In this document: positions 56,589 through 64,000 of the stretch, one piece after another | How positions within the stretch are numbered: position 1 is the stretch's first letter | How the letters are laid out: the number at the start of each line of letters is the position of its first letter | From: a virus | Lineage: Duplodnaviria > Caudoviricetes | IMG/VR virus record: IMGVR_UViG_3300008259_002461 | Length of the DNA: 64,000 nucleotides | Direction: 5' to 3' (one strand) | Notes under the pieces: generated by a model | Databases searched by the model: none | What the model was told of the DNA's origin: nothing | The model's input: the letters and a program-made list of their open reading frames with translations, nothing else | Program-made: the position numbers and the translations under genes

Positions 56589-57319
56589 TACTTGCTCTGC
56601 GCAGGAAGAATGTAATCGTATTTTGCTAATCCGCTGTCAATACTGATCATCATAGCACCTTGATCAGAAATGCTCACAGTAGAGTCACCGTCTAGATTTA
56701 GAATACTTTGAATTTGTGCAACTGGCCAACTCCATGCATGCTTTAGAGATCCAGATATATCGTGTTGAAATACAAATGAACCTGCGTGTGTACTTGCGTC
56801 ACCAAAGTAAAAAACTAGATTATTGTTCTCTGTCTTGACAGTAAAGATTGGCTCTTCGCTGTGTGCGGCGCTCATTAGCTTCATACGTTGAATTGATGCA
56901 ACACTAGGTTTAAATGTTACTTCCCATGATGCGCCTTTGAATTTAACAGTCTTAAGTTTTTCTTCGATAATTGCTTTGTTCATAAAGCGATAATCGTTTT
57001 CAAAGTCACCTGCGGCATTTTCAAAGTGAATGTGTGTTGGAATAACGTCACCGTTTCTTTCTGCACTTTTAACTTCAATCTTTGCCTTATCCTTATACTC
57101 AGGATTTTTTAAATGGAGAGAAAGTTTATCTAAGTTTGGCATACCAAATGTGCCAATAAATTCAGCGACTGGTTTATGAGTGCTTGCAGTTAAAATAACA
57201 GAACGATCTTCTGCCATTGAATCAATAGTAGTTGATCCGTTTTCTGAATTAACTTTCACTAGTGCTAAAAATCCTAGTGCGTGTGTATGTGCTACGATAT
57301 CTTGTAGTATGTCTTTCAT
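56588..57319 (-). CDS. Sliding clamp (T4 gp45-like)
   Basis: 243 aa next to polB with its own promoter and AAGGAG SD. Sequence pattern fits a clamp. Confidence 0.6.
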   Translation of the reverse strand: MKDILQDIVAHTHALGFLALVKVNSENGSTTIDSMAEDRSVILTASTHKPVAEFIGTFGMPNLDKLSLHLKNPEYKDKAKIEVKSAERNGDVIPTHIHFENAAGDFENDYRFMNKAIIEEKLKTVKFKGASWEVTFKPSVASIQRMKLMSAAHSEEPIFTVKTENNNLVFYFGDASTHAGSFVFQHDISGSLKHAWSWPVAQIQSILNLDGDSTVSISDQGAMMISIDSGLAKYDYILPAQSK

Positions 57320-57341
57320 GCCTGTATATCTCCTTATTAAA

Positions 57342-58067
57342 TTACAGTTTAATGTCTAAGCCTTTATTTGTCAAGAACTCTTTGACATTGTATTTAGGTT
57401 CAAAGCCTAATTCTTTTAAAATTTCTATGTTTGCCTGTGTACACTTTCTTTCGTGTAGTCTATTTAAACGAAGCGGTTTTCCTGGAGCTAGATCTTGAAC
57501 GTTAGTACTTTCGCCAGTACCAACATCAACTACTCCTTTAATATTTGGATTTTTTATCAATAGCTCAATAGCATCACATAGATCCTCTACGTGAATAAAA
57601 TCTCTAGAATGATCAGTGATATATTCTAGTGAGTTTGATAACAGTTTATCCAATAACATGCCTTTTCTAGGATTGTCAGAATACACAGTATGGAATCTCA
57701 TACCCACGCTATTATCCGGAGCCATCATGTCCATGATATATTTGGATGCGGCATACGGATTTAGTGTAGGCTCATATGCTGAACTTGAACTTGCATACAG
57801 TATGCGAGCTTCACTAAACTGATCAAAAATTCTACGCGATCCTTCAACGTTGACATGCCAATAAGGTCCAGGAAGCCGCATACTTTCTCTTACACCACTT
57901 TTTCCTGCTAGATGTATTACTACATCAACTTCGTAATCAAGTGTACATGTTAGAATGTCTTTTCCATCTTTTAAATCTATACCATACATAGTATAGCCTC
58001 TATCCCACAAATATGGATAAAGGTGACTACCAATAAATCCTTTATGACCTGTCATTAAAATACGCAT
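57342..58067 (-). CDS. NAD-dependent nucleotide-sugar epimerase/dehydratase
   Basis: TGHKGFIG, HLAG, YASSSS, YAASK, RFHTVY and RDFIHVED. Confidence 0.88.
   Translation of the reverse strand: MRILMTGHKGFIGSHLYPYLWDRGYTMYGIDLKDGKDILTCTLDYEVDVVIHLAGKSGVRESMRLPGPYWHVNVEGSRRIFDQFSEARILYASSSSAYEPTLNPYAASKYIMDMMAPDNSVGMRFHTVYSDNPRKGMLLDKLLSNSLEYITDHSRDFIHVEDLCDAIELLIKNPNIKGVVDVGTGESTNVQDLAPGKPLRLNRLHERKCTQANIEILKELGFEPKYNVKEFLTNKGLDIKL
57346..57374 (-). promoter_or_regulatory. Sigma70 promoter
   Basis: TTGACA-17 nt-TAAACT. Confidence 0.65.
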
Positions 58068-58071
58068 TACT

Positions 58072-58182
58072 TTAATCCTGAAATCTTTCTTTTAATTCTT
58101 TTAACATCTGAATGAGTTCTTCGATTATTTGTAAATCGTGATCTCTTTCTGTATCTACTTCTACTTCAATTTTAATTTTCAT
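58072..58182 (-). CDS. 36-aa hypothetical protein (not in ORF track)
   Basis: MKIKIEVEVDTERDHDLQIIEELIQMLKELKERFQD fills the gap after polB. Confidence 0.55.
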   Translation of the reverse strand: MKIKIEVEVDTERDHDLQIIEELIQMLKELKERFQD

Positions 58183-58183
58183 T

Positions 58184-59224
58184 TTAGTCTCCAAAGTCAA
58201 ACAAACTGTTGAAGGTATTGTGTCGCTTAGTATCCTCTAATGGATAGTCCAGCACTCCAATCAAATTGTCTAACTTATTATCAATAATAGTTTCTGCCAT
58301 TGCTGCATCATCAAATGGCAGTTCTTTGAACCATTCAGGCATACGTAATTCATCTGTTGGATAAGCAACACTTGTATAGCCCAATGGGTTTTGTTTTAGT
58401 TTGCAAACAATAACTTTCATGCCGTCAACAATCTCTTGCGAGTATTTGTCTCCGTTCATACGTTTAAGTGTATTCCAATTAATACTTGCTCTAACGTGGC
58501 CGGGCATGTTTGCTTTGCCCTGTTTTGCTTCGAGTCGTTGATAGTGTCCAATCTTGTTTGCACGTTTTGGACTACCTTTCTCCCAACCCGGACGTTCACT
58601 AAACTCTTGCCGGAATCTTGTAATACGTTCTAATACATCTTCTCTAGGTTTATCTGTAAGCACCATAAGCAATAGTTCGCTTAGAAATTCTTGCATAAAC
58701 ACAGGTGTATCACTTCTACGCAGGTCTAAGCCCATAGCCTTTACTTTGCCTGGCTTACCATCTACGTCACTGCGGAAACCTTCTGTGTCATATACCAGAG
58801 CCGCATAACGTTTTTTAGTAATAAACAATCCGCTTTCAGCAACAATCTCACGACCTGCGGCAATAACTTCTGCTCGACTTTTTGGACAATGAAATGATTT
58901 TGCCATCATGTCAACAAACGTAGCATTGGCTGCTTCTGCTACTTGATCGTAAAGTGTAATAACATTTTCTTTAGACCACGGAATCTTACCTGCTTCTACT
59001 TCTTTACTGAGAGTAGGCCAAGCACTAAAATACACAGAGTCAGTGTCACCGTAAATTACTGCCTCACCAACGTGATCATAAACACCAGTAATAACTTTGT
59101 TTACTTCTGCACTCATGTGTTTAACAATAGTACGACCAGTAAGAGTAGTACTATTGTTAGAGCAACATCCTTGCGCTTGCTCATAACAGCTTCGTATTCT
59201 TCTGTTGCAAAACGACCTTCCCAA
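58184..59224 (-). pseudogene. polB: Family B DNA polymerase, C-terminal fragment (motif C, thumb)
   Basis: STTLTGR, YGDTDS, KKRYA and KAMGL. Homology begins near 59150 and the first about 25 aa are off-frame. Confidence 0.85.
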
Positions 59225-59784
59225 CTTCCAGCAAATGTTTTTTTCTTAAGAGTTATGTCTTCGTGAACACGAGCATCACTGATGTCTAGTCGTATTTGTC
59301 CAACGATAGTTTCTGGAGCCATATTCAAAGCACGAATCACTGACGGATACAGAGAGTTCAAGTCCATCGAACCAATCCATTTGTGCAAGCCTTTTTTAGG
59401 AAACGCAACGTATGCACCTGCGGCTTGTATATTTTCTTCGTTATCTCTGTTTGTACGATTGGGAACCTGCAATCCACGATTGTGAGCTTCGTTGATAATA
59501 CCTTGTTCAGTAACAGCAACAGCACCCATTGTAGTTTGGATAAGCACGGTGTTCTCATGTGCAATGGTATTACTCAAATCAATAAAGCGCAGTTTTTTAT
59601 CTAACTTATCAAGTAGTGCAGTATCTTGAATGTTGTATTGAATAAACTTTTTAAAGTCATTGTTGTAAAGCTGATCCAACGTACCTTCGTATGCTGTCTT
59701 GTTTTCGCCTACTTCAATTTCACCAATAGCATCTAGTCGATAACTGTGACGTTCTTCATAGGTATACTTACGATACAAGTTCAA
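59113..59784 (-). pseudogene. polB: Family B DNA polymerase, middle fragment (ExoIII, motif A)
   Basis: YRLDAI, YNIQD, GAYV and SMDLNSLYPS. Motif B (KxxxNSxYG) is absent. Confidence 0.85.
59122..59159. repeat. 12-bp inverted repeat at polB junction 2
   Basis: taacaatagtac (59122-59133), 14-nt loop, gtactattgtta (59148-59159). Confidence 0.8.
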
Positions 59785-60346
59785 ACTGTCTACGTTCTTC
59801 GATAAGTGTTAAGAACGTGTCCAGCATGTCCTTTTCTTTTTCAAACAACATTACATTAGGAATATCTTTAACTAATTCTGTCGCTTGCTCCATAGTAAGT
59901 GTCTTAGGAGGGACTGCCAAACATATCATTGTTTCTAACCACTGCAAATAAACGGAGACAGACGTAATGCCCATAAATGGATCGCTAGGGTCAGCAAATC
60001 CACGTTCGGGATCAAAGTCTGTCTCAATATCGAAAAATGCAATGTTTAGTTTTGGAGCATCTTGGTTGAGATAGTTTTCACTTAGACATTGAAAGATTGG
60101 ATTAATATCACTTTCAAATAAAGTTTTATCTCGATTGATGGCAATTTCTTTGCGGAAATCTTTTGTGTTCTTACATACAATACGACTCAAAGGATCTCCG
60201 TACACACTCTTGTACTTGCCTTTTTGGTCTTTGTAGTAAAATGTATACTTTACAGGATATTCACGGAATGTTCTAACTCCGTCTTTGCGTTCAACTATTT
60301 TGATCGTATCATGATCACGGTCAAACAATGCGTCTACGTAACTCAA
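59768..60346 (-). pseudogene. polB: Family B DNA polymerase, N-terminal fragment (ExoI)
   Basis: FFDIETD ExoI. Ends at DTFLTLIE just before the expected ExoII. TTG start. Confidence 0.85.
59792..59818. repeat. 8-bp inverted repeat at polB junction 1
   Basis: acgttctt (59792-59799), 11-nt loop, aagaacgt (59811-59818). Confidence 0.7.
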
Positions 60347-60420
60347 TTAAATGCCTCCCCGTTATTAATGGCTAACGTTGCCTCTACATGTTCGTAAGTG
60401 AACGACTCTATAAATATTTA

Positions 60421-60705
60421 TTACCACCAACTATTTGCAACGCCAAACCCGAATACGTTTATAACTGCAAAATAACCAGTCAGTAACATTGGCCAAGCCA
60501 AGCCTCTTCTATAATAAGCGTATGTGCCAGTGATACTTCCAATAAAGAAGCCAGGATAGATAACAGCCATGTTTGGACTTTGTGCAGTAAAGGCAAGAGT
60601 TAAACTTGCCGCTACTGTAAACACAAAACTAATTAACTCAAAAGTAAAAGCAGTTTTATCAATATGATAACTGTTTAGCCAAAAGTCTTTTATTTTTTTA
60701 ATCAT
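60421..60705 (-). CDS. Small 3-TM membrane protein (PnuC/SemiSWEET-like size)
   Basis: Three hydrophobic helices. Confidence 0.6.
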   Translation of the reverse strand: MIKKIKDFWLNSYHIDKTAFTFELISFVFTVAASLTLAFTAQSPNMAVIYPGFFIGSITGTYAYYRRGLAWPMLLTGYFAVINVFGFGVANSWW

Positions 60706-60962
60706 TTATCCTTGCCAACGGTTACGACCAATGTTTCTAAGTCGTCAAACTCGCCAGCAACACGATCCCAGTCGCCTTTTCGTGCAATTTTAATTGCTTT
60801 GGTAATTAAGCCAGGCTTAATGTCTAATTCTTCTGCTACTGATTTAATAGTATCTTTCAGACCTTCTTGTAGGTCTTCAATCTCTTGTAATACTGTAACG
60901 CCTTCGTTAACCAATTTTTCTAGTTTTGCCTTTTCTTCTGCGCCATAGGTGCGATCACTCAT
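60702..60962 (-). CDS. DsbA/GapR-like dsDNA-binding protein
   Basis: KLEKLV..EIEDLQEGLKDTIKSVAEELDIKP..AIKIARK. Confidence 0.55.
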   Translation of the reverse strand: MSDRTYGAEEKAKLEKLVNEGVTVLQEIEDLQEGLKDTIKSVAEELDIKPGLITKAIKIARKGDWDRVAGEFDDLETLVVTVGKDK

Positions 60963-60992
60963 GAGTGTTTTCTCCTTTAAAAGTTATATTGT

Positions 60993-61021
60993 ATTATACG
61001 GGATTAATTAAAAGAAGTCAA
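60993..61021 (-). promoter_or_regulatory. Sigma70 promoter heading the replication operon
   Basis: TTGACT-17 nt-TATAAT. Confidence 0.7.
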
Positions 61022-61726
61022 TTATTTTTTTCCTAAAAGATAGTTACTAATAATAGTATCCATCGTTCTAAGAGCTGAAAATAATCCAATATCTACGTCT
61101 TTTTTAAGAAGCTTGCCTTCTTTTTCAAATTGTTCACCAAGGCCTTGAACAATAGTATCTCTTGCTCGTTTCGCCTGATTAGTACTGCCTGTTTTATATG
61201 CATCGGCCCATTGCTTAGATCGTTTTTGTTCAATAAGTACTGCAAGCCATTTTTTAATATAGTCATGTGCGCCACCTTCCCATTTAGTGAATTCAGTTAC
61301 GCTCATGGGAACCCAAGTTGAAATGTCTTGTAAGGTTTCTTTTCTATCAGTTGCAAGCGGAGATGCCTGTGGAACAGTCTTTAGTTGAACCTTAGTATTA
61401 GCATGTGGTTTTATAAAATCATATATTTCTTGCCAAGAACTAGGTGATTTAGGAAGCCTAATACCGTAGGTAATAGCTTTTGAATTCCACATAACAGGTG
61501 ACATTGGATTGCTTTTAGCACCAAACGCAGCGTTAGCCCTATCAATTTGATATTCTCTATCCTCTGTACTAGCAGCTCGATCAAGATCTAATTTTATAAA
61601 ATGCATGATAATATTTCGCCACTGCTGGTCATCGAAGGCATTGCGCAGATCAGACATTGTCTCAATAGTTTTGCCTTGAGTTGCTGCCGCAGGATCTTGC
61701 TCTATTATAATATCAAAAACATTCAT
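61022..61726 (-). CDS. Hypothetical protein (virion-associated?)
   Basis: 234-aa ORF in a late-type block. Confidence 0.7.
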   Translation of the reverse strand: MNVFDIIIEQDPAAATQGKTIETMSDLRNAFDDQQWRNIIMHFIKLDLDRAASTEDREYQIDRANAAFGAKSNPMSPVMWNSKAITYGIRLPKSPSSWQEIYDFIKPHANTKVQLKTVPQASPLATDRKETLQDISTWVPMSVTEFTKWEGGAHDYIKKWLAVLIEQKRSKQWADAYKTGSTNQAKRARDTIVQGLGEQFEKEGKLLKKDVDIGLFSALRTMDTIISNYLLGKK

Positions 61727-61729
61727 AGG

Positions 61730-63247
61730 TTACTTTGGTGCAGTACCTTTAAATTTTCCAGCAGCGATTCCTGACAGGGTATCGCCTTTAACAACGGTAT
61801 ACGGCTCTGTCTTACCTGGTAATTTAATTGTCTGACCAACTCTAATAAGATTAGGATTTTTAATATTGTTGGCCTTAGCTAAAGCTGTAATTGCTCTTGA
61901 AAACTGTGCTGATGGATCTCTACCACCTCTAGTATTTGTTCCACTACCTGCGGCCGGATCGTTAGTGGCTGTACCAACTGATCCTACATAACTACTCCCG
62001 CCAGCGCGATCGAGGCCGCCACTAGTTGTAGTTGATCCGTCCGGTTTTACAGGGGTTACTTGTGCACCGCCACTAGTTGTAGTTGATCCGTCCGGTTTTA
62101 CAGGGGTTACTTGTGCACCGCCACTAGTTGTAGTTGATCCGTCCGGTTTTACTAGCGGATTTGTTTTAGCCCAACCAGCGGCTGGACCTGGATCGCCATA
62201 CAGCGCACTAGATGGGTGTTTTGGATTTCTCAATGCAGTGTTTACATTATTATCTCGTAACTCTATAGCTTTCTTTCTAGTAATAAATCCAGATTTATAA
62301 ATTATAACAGCATCTTCTATATTTGCATATCTTGCAGATTTATAATTTCCTGATTGGTCTTTATCAACATATACATAGCTGTCGCCATTTGGCATTGAAT
62401 ACAATCCAGGAAGATCTAATCGCTCTGCAACTCTTCCTAAGAATTGTCTTTTAATATAGTCTGGACTCATTGCGAATCTTTTAAATCCGCGGCTAAAGCC
62501 TTGAAGGAAACTGTCGTCGTCTCGTGACTGTAAGAAATCGCGTATTCCTTTTACTGTGTCGTTCATGTCTTGTTCAACTTCTTCAATAGTTGTAGGAACA
62601 CCACGCTTTGCTATTACACGATCAATATAGTCATTAACTTCGTTAGACTCAACCAGTCTGCTTTCGCCTACGTGTTCGGGCTTGCCTTTGTGCTTTGTAC
62701 TTGCATAGTCTTTAGCAGCTGATTTGCTCATGCCTTTAGCAGCCTTGGCTACTTCTGGACTTGCAGCTTTTTCGCCTTTCTTTGTAGCATAGACCATGCC
62801 CATAAATTTTTGTTGCGCTTTTGACTTAGCTTTTTCTTCTAGTTGTTGAGCTAGACGTAACTTGTATTCATCTTCTTTAACACAATTATCTACAGTCTTG
62901 CCGCCTTTTTGCTTAGTACCCATGCGCTTGTAACCGTCCCAGCATGCTTTGCCGTCAACGCCTTTTTGTTTTTCACTTTCGGCCATTTGAGCGCCAAACT
63001 TCATTTCATACTCTAAGTTATGAAAAACTGAACCAATGTAGTCAGCTGCCTTGGTAATTTTGCTCTGCTGCCATGCTTCTAGGCCCTGTTCTTCAGAACG
63101 ACCTTTAAGCATTTCGTGCAGTTTGATTGCATACTTGGCAATTTTGTACAGCTCAGAACGAGCCATTTGAATTTCGTGATCCATTTCTGCTTGTGCAGCT
63201 AAATCACCTAGGCCTTCTTTGACAGATTTTAAATCTTTTTCGCGCAT
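61730..63247 (-). CDS. Modular virion-type protein with tandem repeats and LysM-like C-terminus
   Basis: KSKAQQKFMG module, 17-aa repeats, NPNLIRVGQTIKLP and YTVVKGDTLSGIA. Confidence 0.7.
   Translation of the reverse strand: MREKDLKSVKEGLGDLAAQAEMDHEIQMARSELYKIAKYAIKLHEMLKGRSEEQGLEAWQQSKITKAADYIGSVFHNLEYEMKFGAQMAESEKQKGVDGKACWDGYKRMGTKQKGGKTVDNCVKEDEYKLRLAQQLEEKAKSKAQQKFMGMVYATKKGEKAASPEVAKAAKGMSKSAAKDYASTKHKGKPEHVGESRLVESNEVNDYIDRVIAKRGVPTTIEEVEQDMNDTVKGIRDFLQSRDDDSFLQGFSRGFKRFAMSPDYIKRQFLGRVAERLDLPGLYSMPNGDSYVYVDKDQSGNYKSARYANIEDAVIIYKSGFITRKKAIELRDNNVNTALRNPKHPSSALYGDPGPAAGWAKTNPLVKPDGSTTTSGGAQVTPVKPDGSTTTSGGAQVTPVKPDGSTTTSGGLDRAGGSSYVGSVGTATNDPAAGSGTNTRGGRDPSAQFSRAITALAKANNIKNPNLIRVGQTIKLPGKTEPYTVVKGDTLSGIAAGKFKGTAPK
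62016..62152. repeat. 51-bp in-frame tandem repeat, about 2.7 copies
   Basis: Identical units at 62016-62066 and 62067-62117, partial at 62118-62152, encoding VKPDGSTTTSGGAQVTP. Confidence 0.95.
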
Positions 63248-63274
63248 AAAACACTCCGATATTCGTTATTATAG

Positions 63275-63282
63275 TATTTATC
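63275..63282 (-). promoter_or_regulatory. Late promoter motif
   Basis: GATAAATA in an ATAAATACTAT context with a GGAG SD downstream. Confidence 0.55.
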
Positions 63283-63381
63283 TTTTGACAGGTTTGCCAC
63301 CAAGCAAATTATCATTGGTGTCTAATGCATTTTTAGCAACTTTATTTGTCTTTTTAGGCTTTGTGTTAGCACCTGGATTAA

Positions 63382-63966
63382 CTACAGCAAACCTGCTTTC
63401 ATCATAGCAGCCTTAGTTTCTGGGCCGCCCATGCTTGCGCCTGTTTTTCCATCTTTTATAGTAAGGTAAGGCGCAGGAGTTCTAGCTATAGCAGAGCCGT
63501 TATCATTCTTATTAAGTATGTAATGCGTATTACTTTGAGTGTCTAATACTGCTTTTCTTGTAGCACCAAATGCATCAATAGATGTTAAAACAAACCCATT
63601 GCCTAAGTCTTGTTGCTTAGATATGTTCTGATCTATTTCTCCTATACCTCGATTAATCCCTCTGCTACCTGTTCCGCCCTTTTTACGCTTCTTAGCAAGT
63701 TCGTCTATGCCGTGGCGTATTTGTTCAAAGTTCTGTTCTAGGCCCATAAACATGCCGCCTTTAGATAGCTTTGTAATTCTTTCCCATACTTCAAGTTCGT
63801 CGCTGTCTGCCATCTTTGCAAGTTCTTTTAACTGTGCTCTGGCCTGCATAATACGACCTTTAAGTGTCATAGGGTTAGCTTTTTCGTGCCCGTAGATTCT
63901 TGGATTGTTTGGTTCACTAGGATCCATTTCAATAGGAGCTTCGTTTACTAGATCATGTACTTTCAT
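63382..63966 (-). CDS. Hypothetical protein (virion-associated?)
   Basis: 194-aa ORF with ATGA coupling. Confidence 0.7.
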   Translation of the reverse strand: MKVHDLVNEAPIEMDPSEPNNPRIYGHEKANPMTLKGRIMQARAQLKELAKMADSDELEVWERITKLSKGGMFMGLEQNFEQIRHGIDELAKKRKKGGTGSRGINRGIGEIDQNISKQQDLGNGFVLTSIDAFGATRKAVLDTQSNTHYILNKNDNGSAIARTPAPYLTIKDGKTGASMGGPETKAAMMKAGLL

Positions 63967-64000
63967 TTCTTTTTTCCTGATTTCATATTAGCTAGCCAAT
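63963..64000 (-). CDS. 3' end of an upstream CDS
   Basis: ...WLANMKSGKKK then a TGA overlapping ATG 63966. Confidence 0.5.
   Translation of the reverse strand, partial: WLANMKSGKKK

Noticed and set aside
59113-60346. Programmed frameshift, intein or group I intron explaining the split polB
   Set aside because: Conserved coding sequence is missing rather than interrupted. There is no extra inserted sequence or intein motif, so recoding could not restore ExoII or motif B.
62016-62152. CRISPR-like array
   Set aside because: Contiguous 51-bp units with no spacers, in frame within a CDS, and no cas genes.
1104-63895. Numerous 60-140 aa antisense or alternate-frame ORFs in the track (e.g. 2035, 8059, 45919, 48420, 54952)
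   Set aside because: They are shadows of longer motif-bearing genes, with no SD or recognisable motifs.
1-64000. Alternative genetic code (stop-codon reassignment)
   Set aside because: Genes tile densely under code 11, and TAA, TAG and TGA all terminate apparently complete proteins.
1-64000. tRNA, rRNA or IS elements
   Set aside because: Intergenic gaps are short and show no cloverleaf or transposase motifs by eye. tRNAscan-SE was not run.

Overview
AT-rich, gene-dense 64 kb segment of a large lytic dsDNA phage, a distant T4-supergroup or jumbo myovirus type. This is inferred from a family B DNA polymerase, gp45-like clamp, T4-type RNase H, DsbA/GapR-like protein, Mtd_N tail-fibre-like protein and TATAAATA late-promoter motifs. 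Bases 1-38172 form a continuous enzyme island of about 46 CDSs in seven alternating-strand blocks. It holds 13 complete radical SAM genes plus one partial, 10 2OG-Fe(II)/cupin oxygenases, 4 SGNH-like proteins, 4-5 glycosyltransferase-like proteins, 2 methyltransferases (one PRMT-like), 2 kinase-like proteins, 2 mini-SDRs, a GNAT-like protein, a PLP aminotransferase, an amidinotransferase and a QueC-like protein. Several blocks start at late-type promoters. Bases 38169-64000 are all minus strand: a tail-fibre-like gene, a MoxR/VWA pair, RNase H, a 7-deazaguanine pathway (QueE, FolE, QueD-like, TGT/DpdA-like plus a linked glycosyltransferase), the clamp, an NDP-sugar epimerase and virion-type genes. 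The PolB gene is broken into three frames and lacks ExoII and motif B, with a stem-loop at each junction. I saw no tRNA, rRNA, CRISPR array or transposase. All product calls come from motifs read by eye, not database searches. Start codons were moved where gene overlap or an SD sequence supported it.
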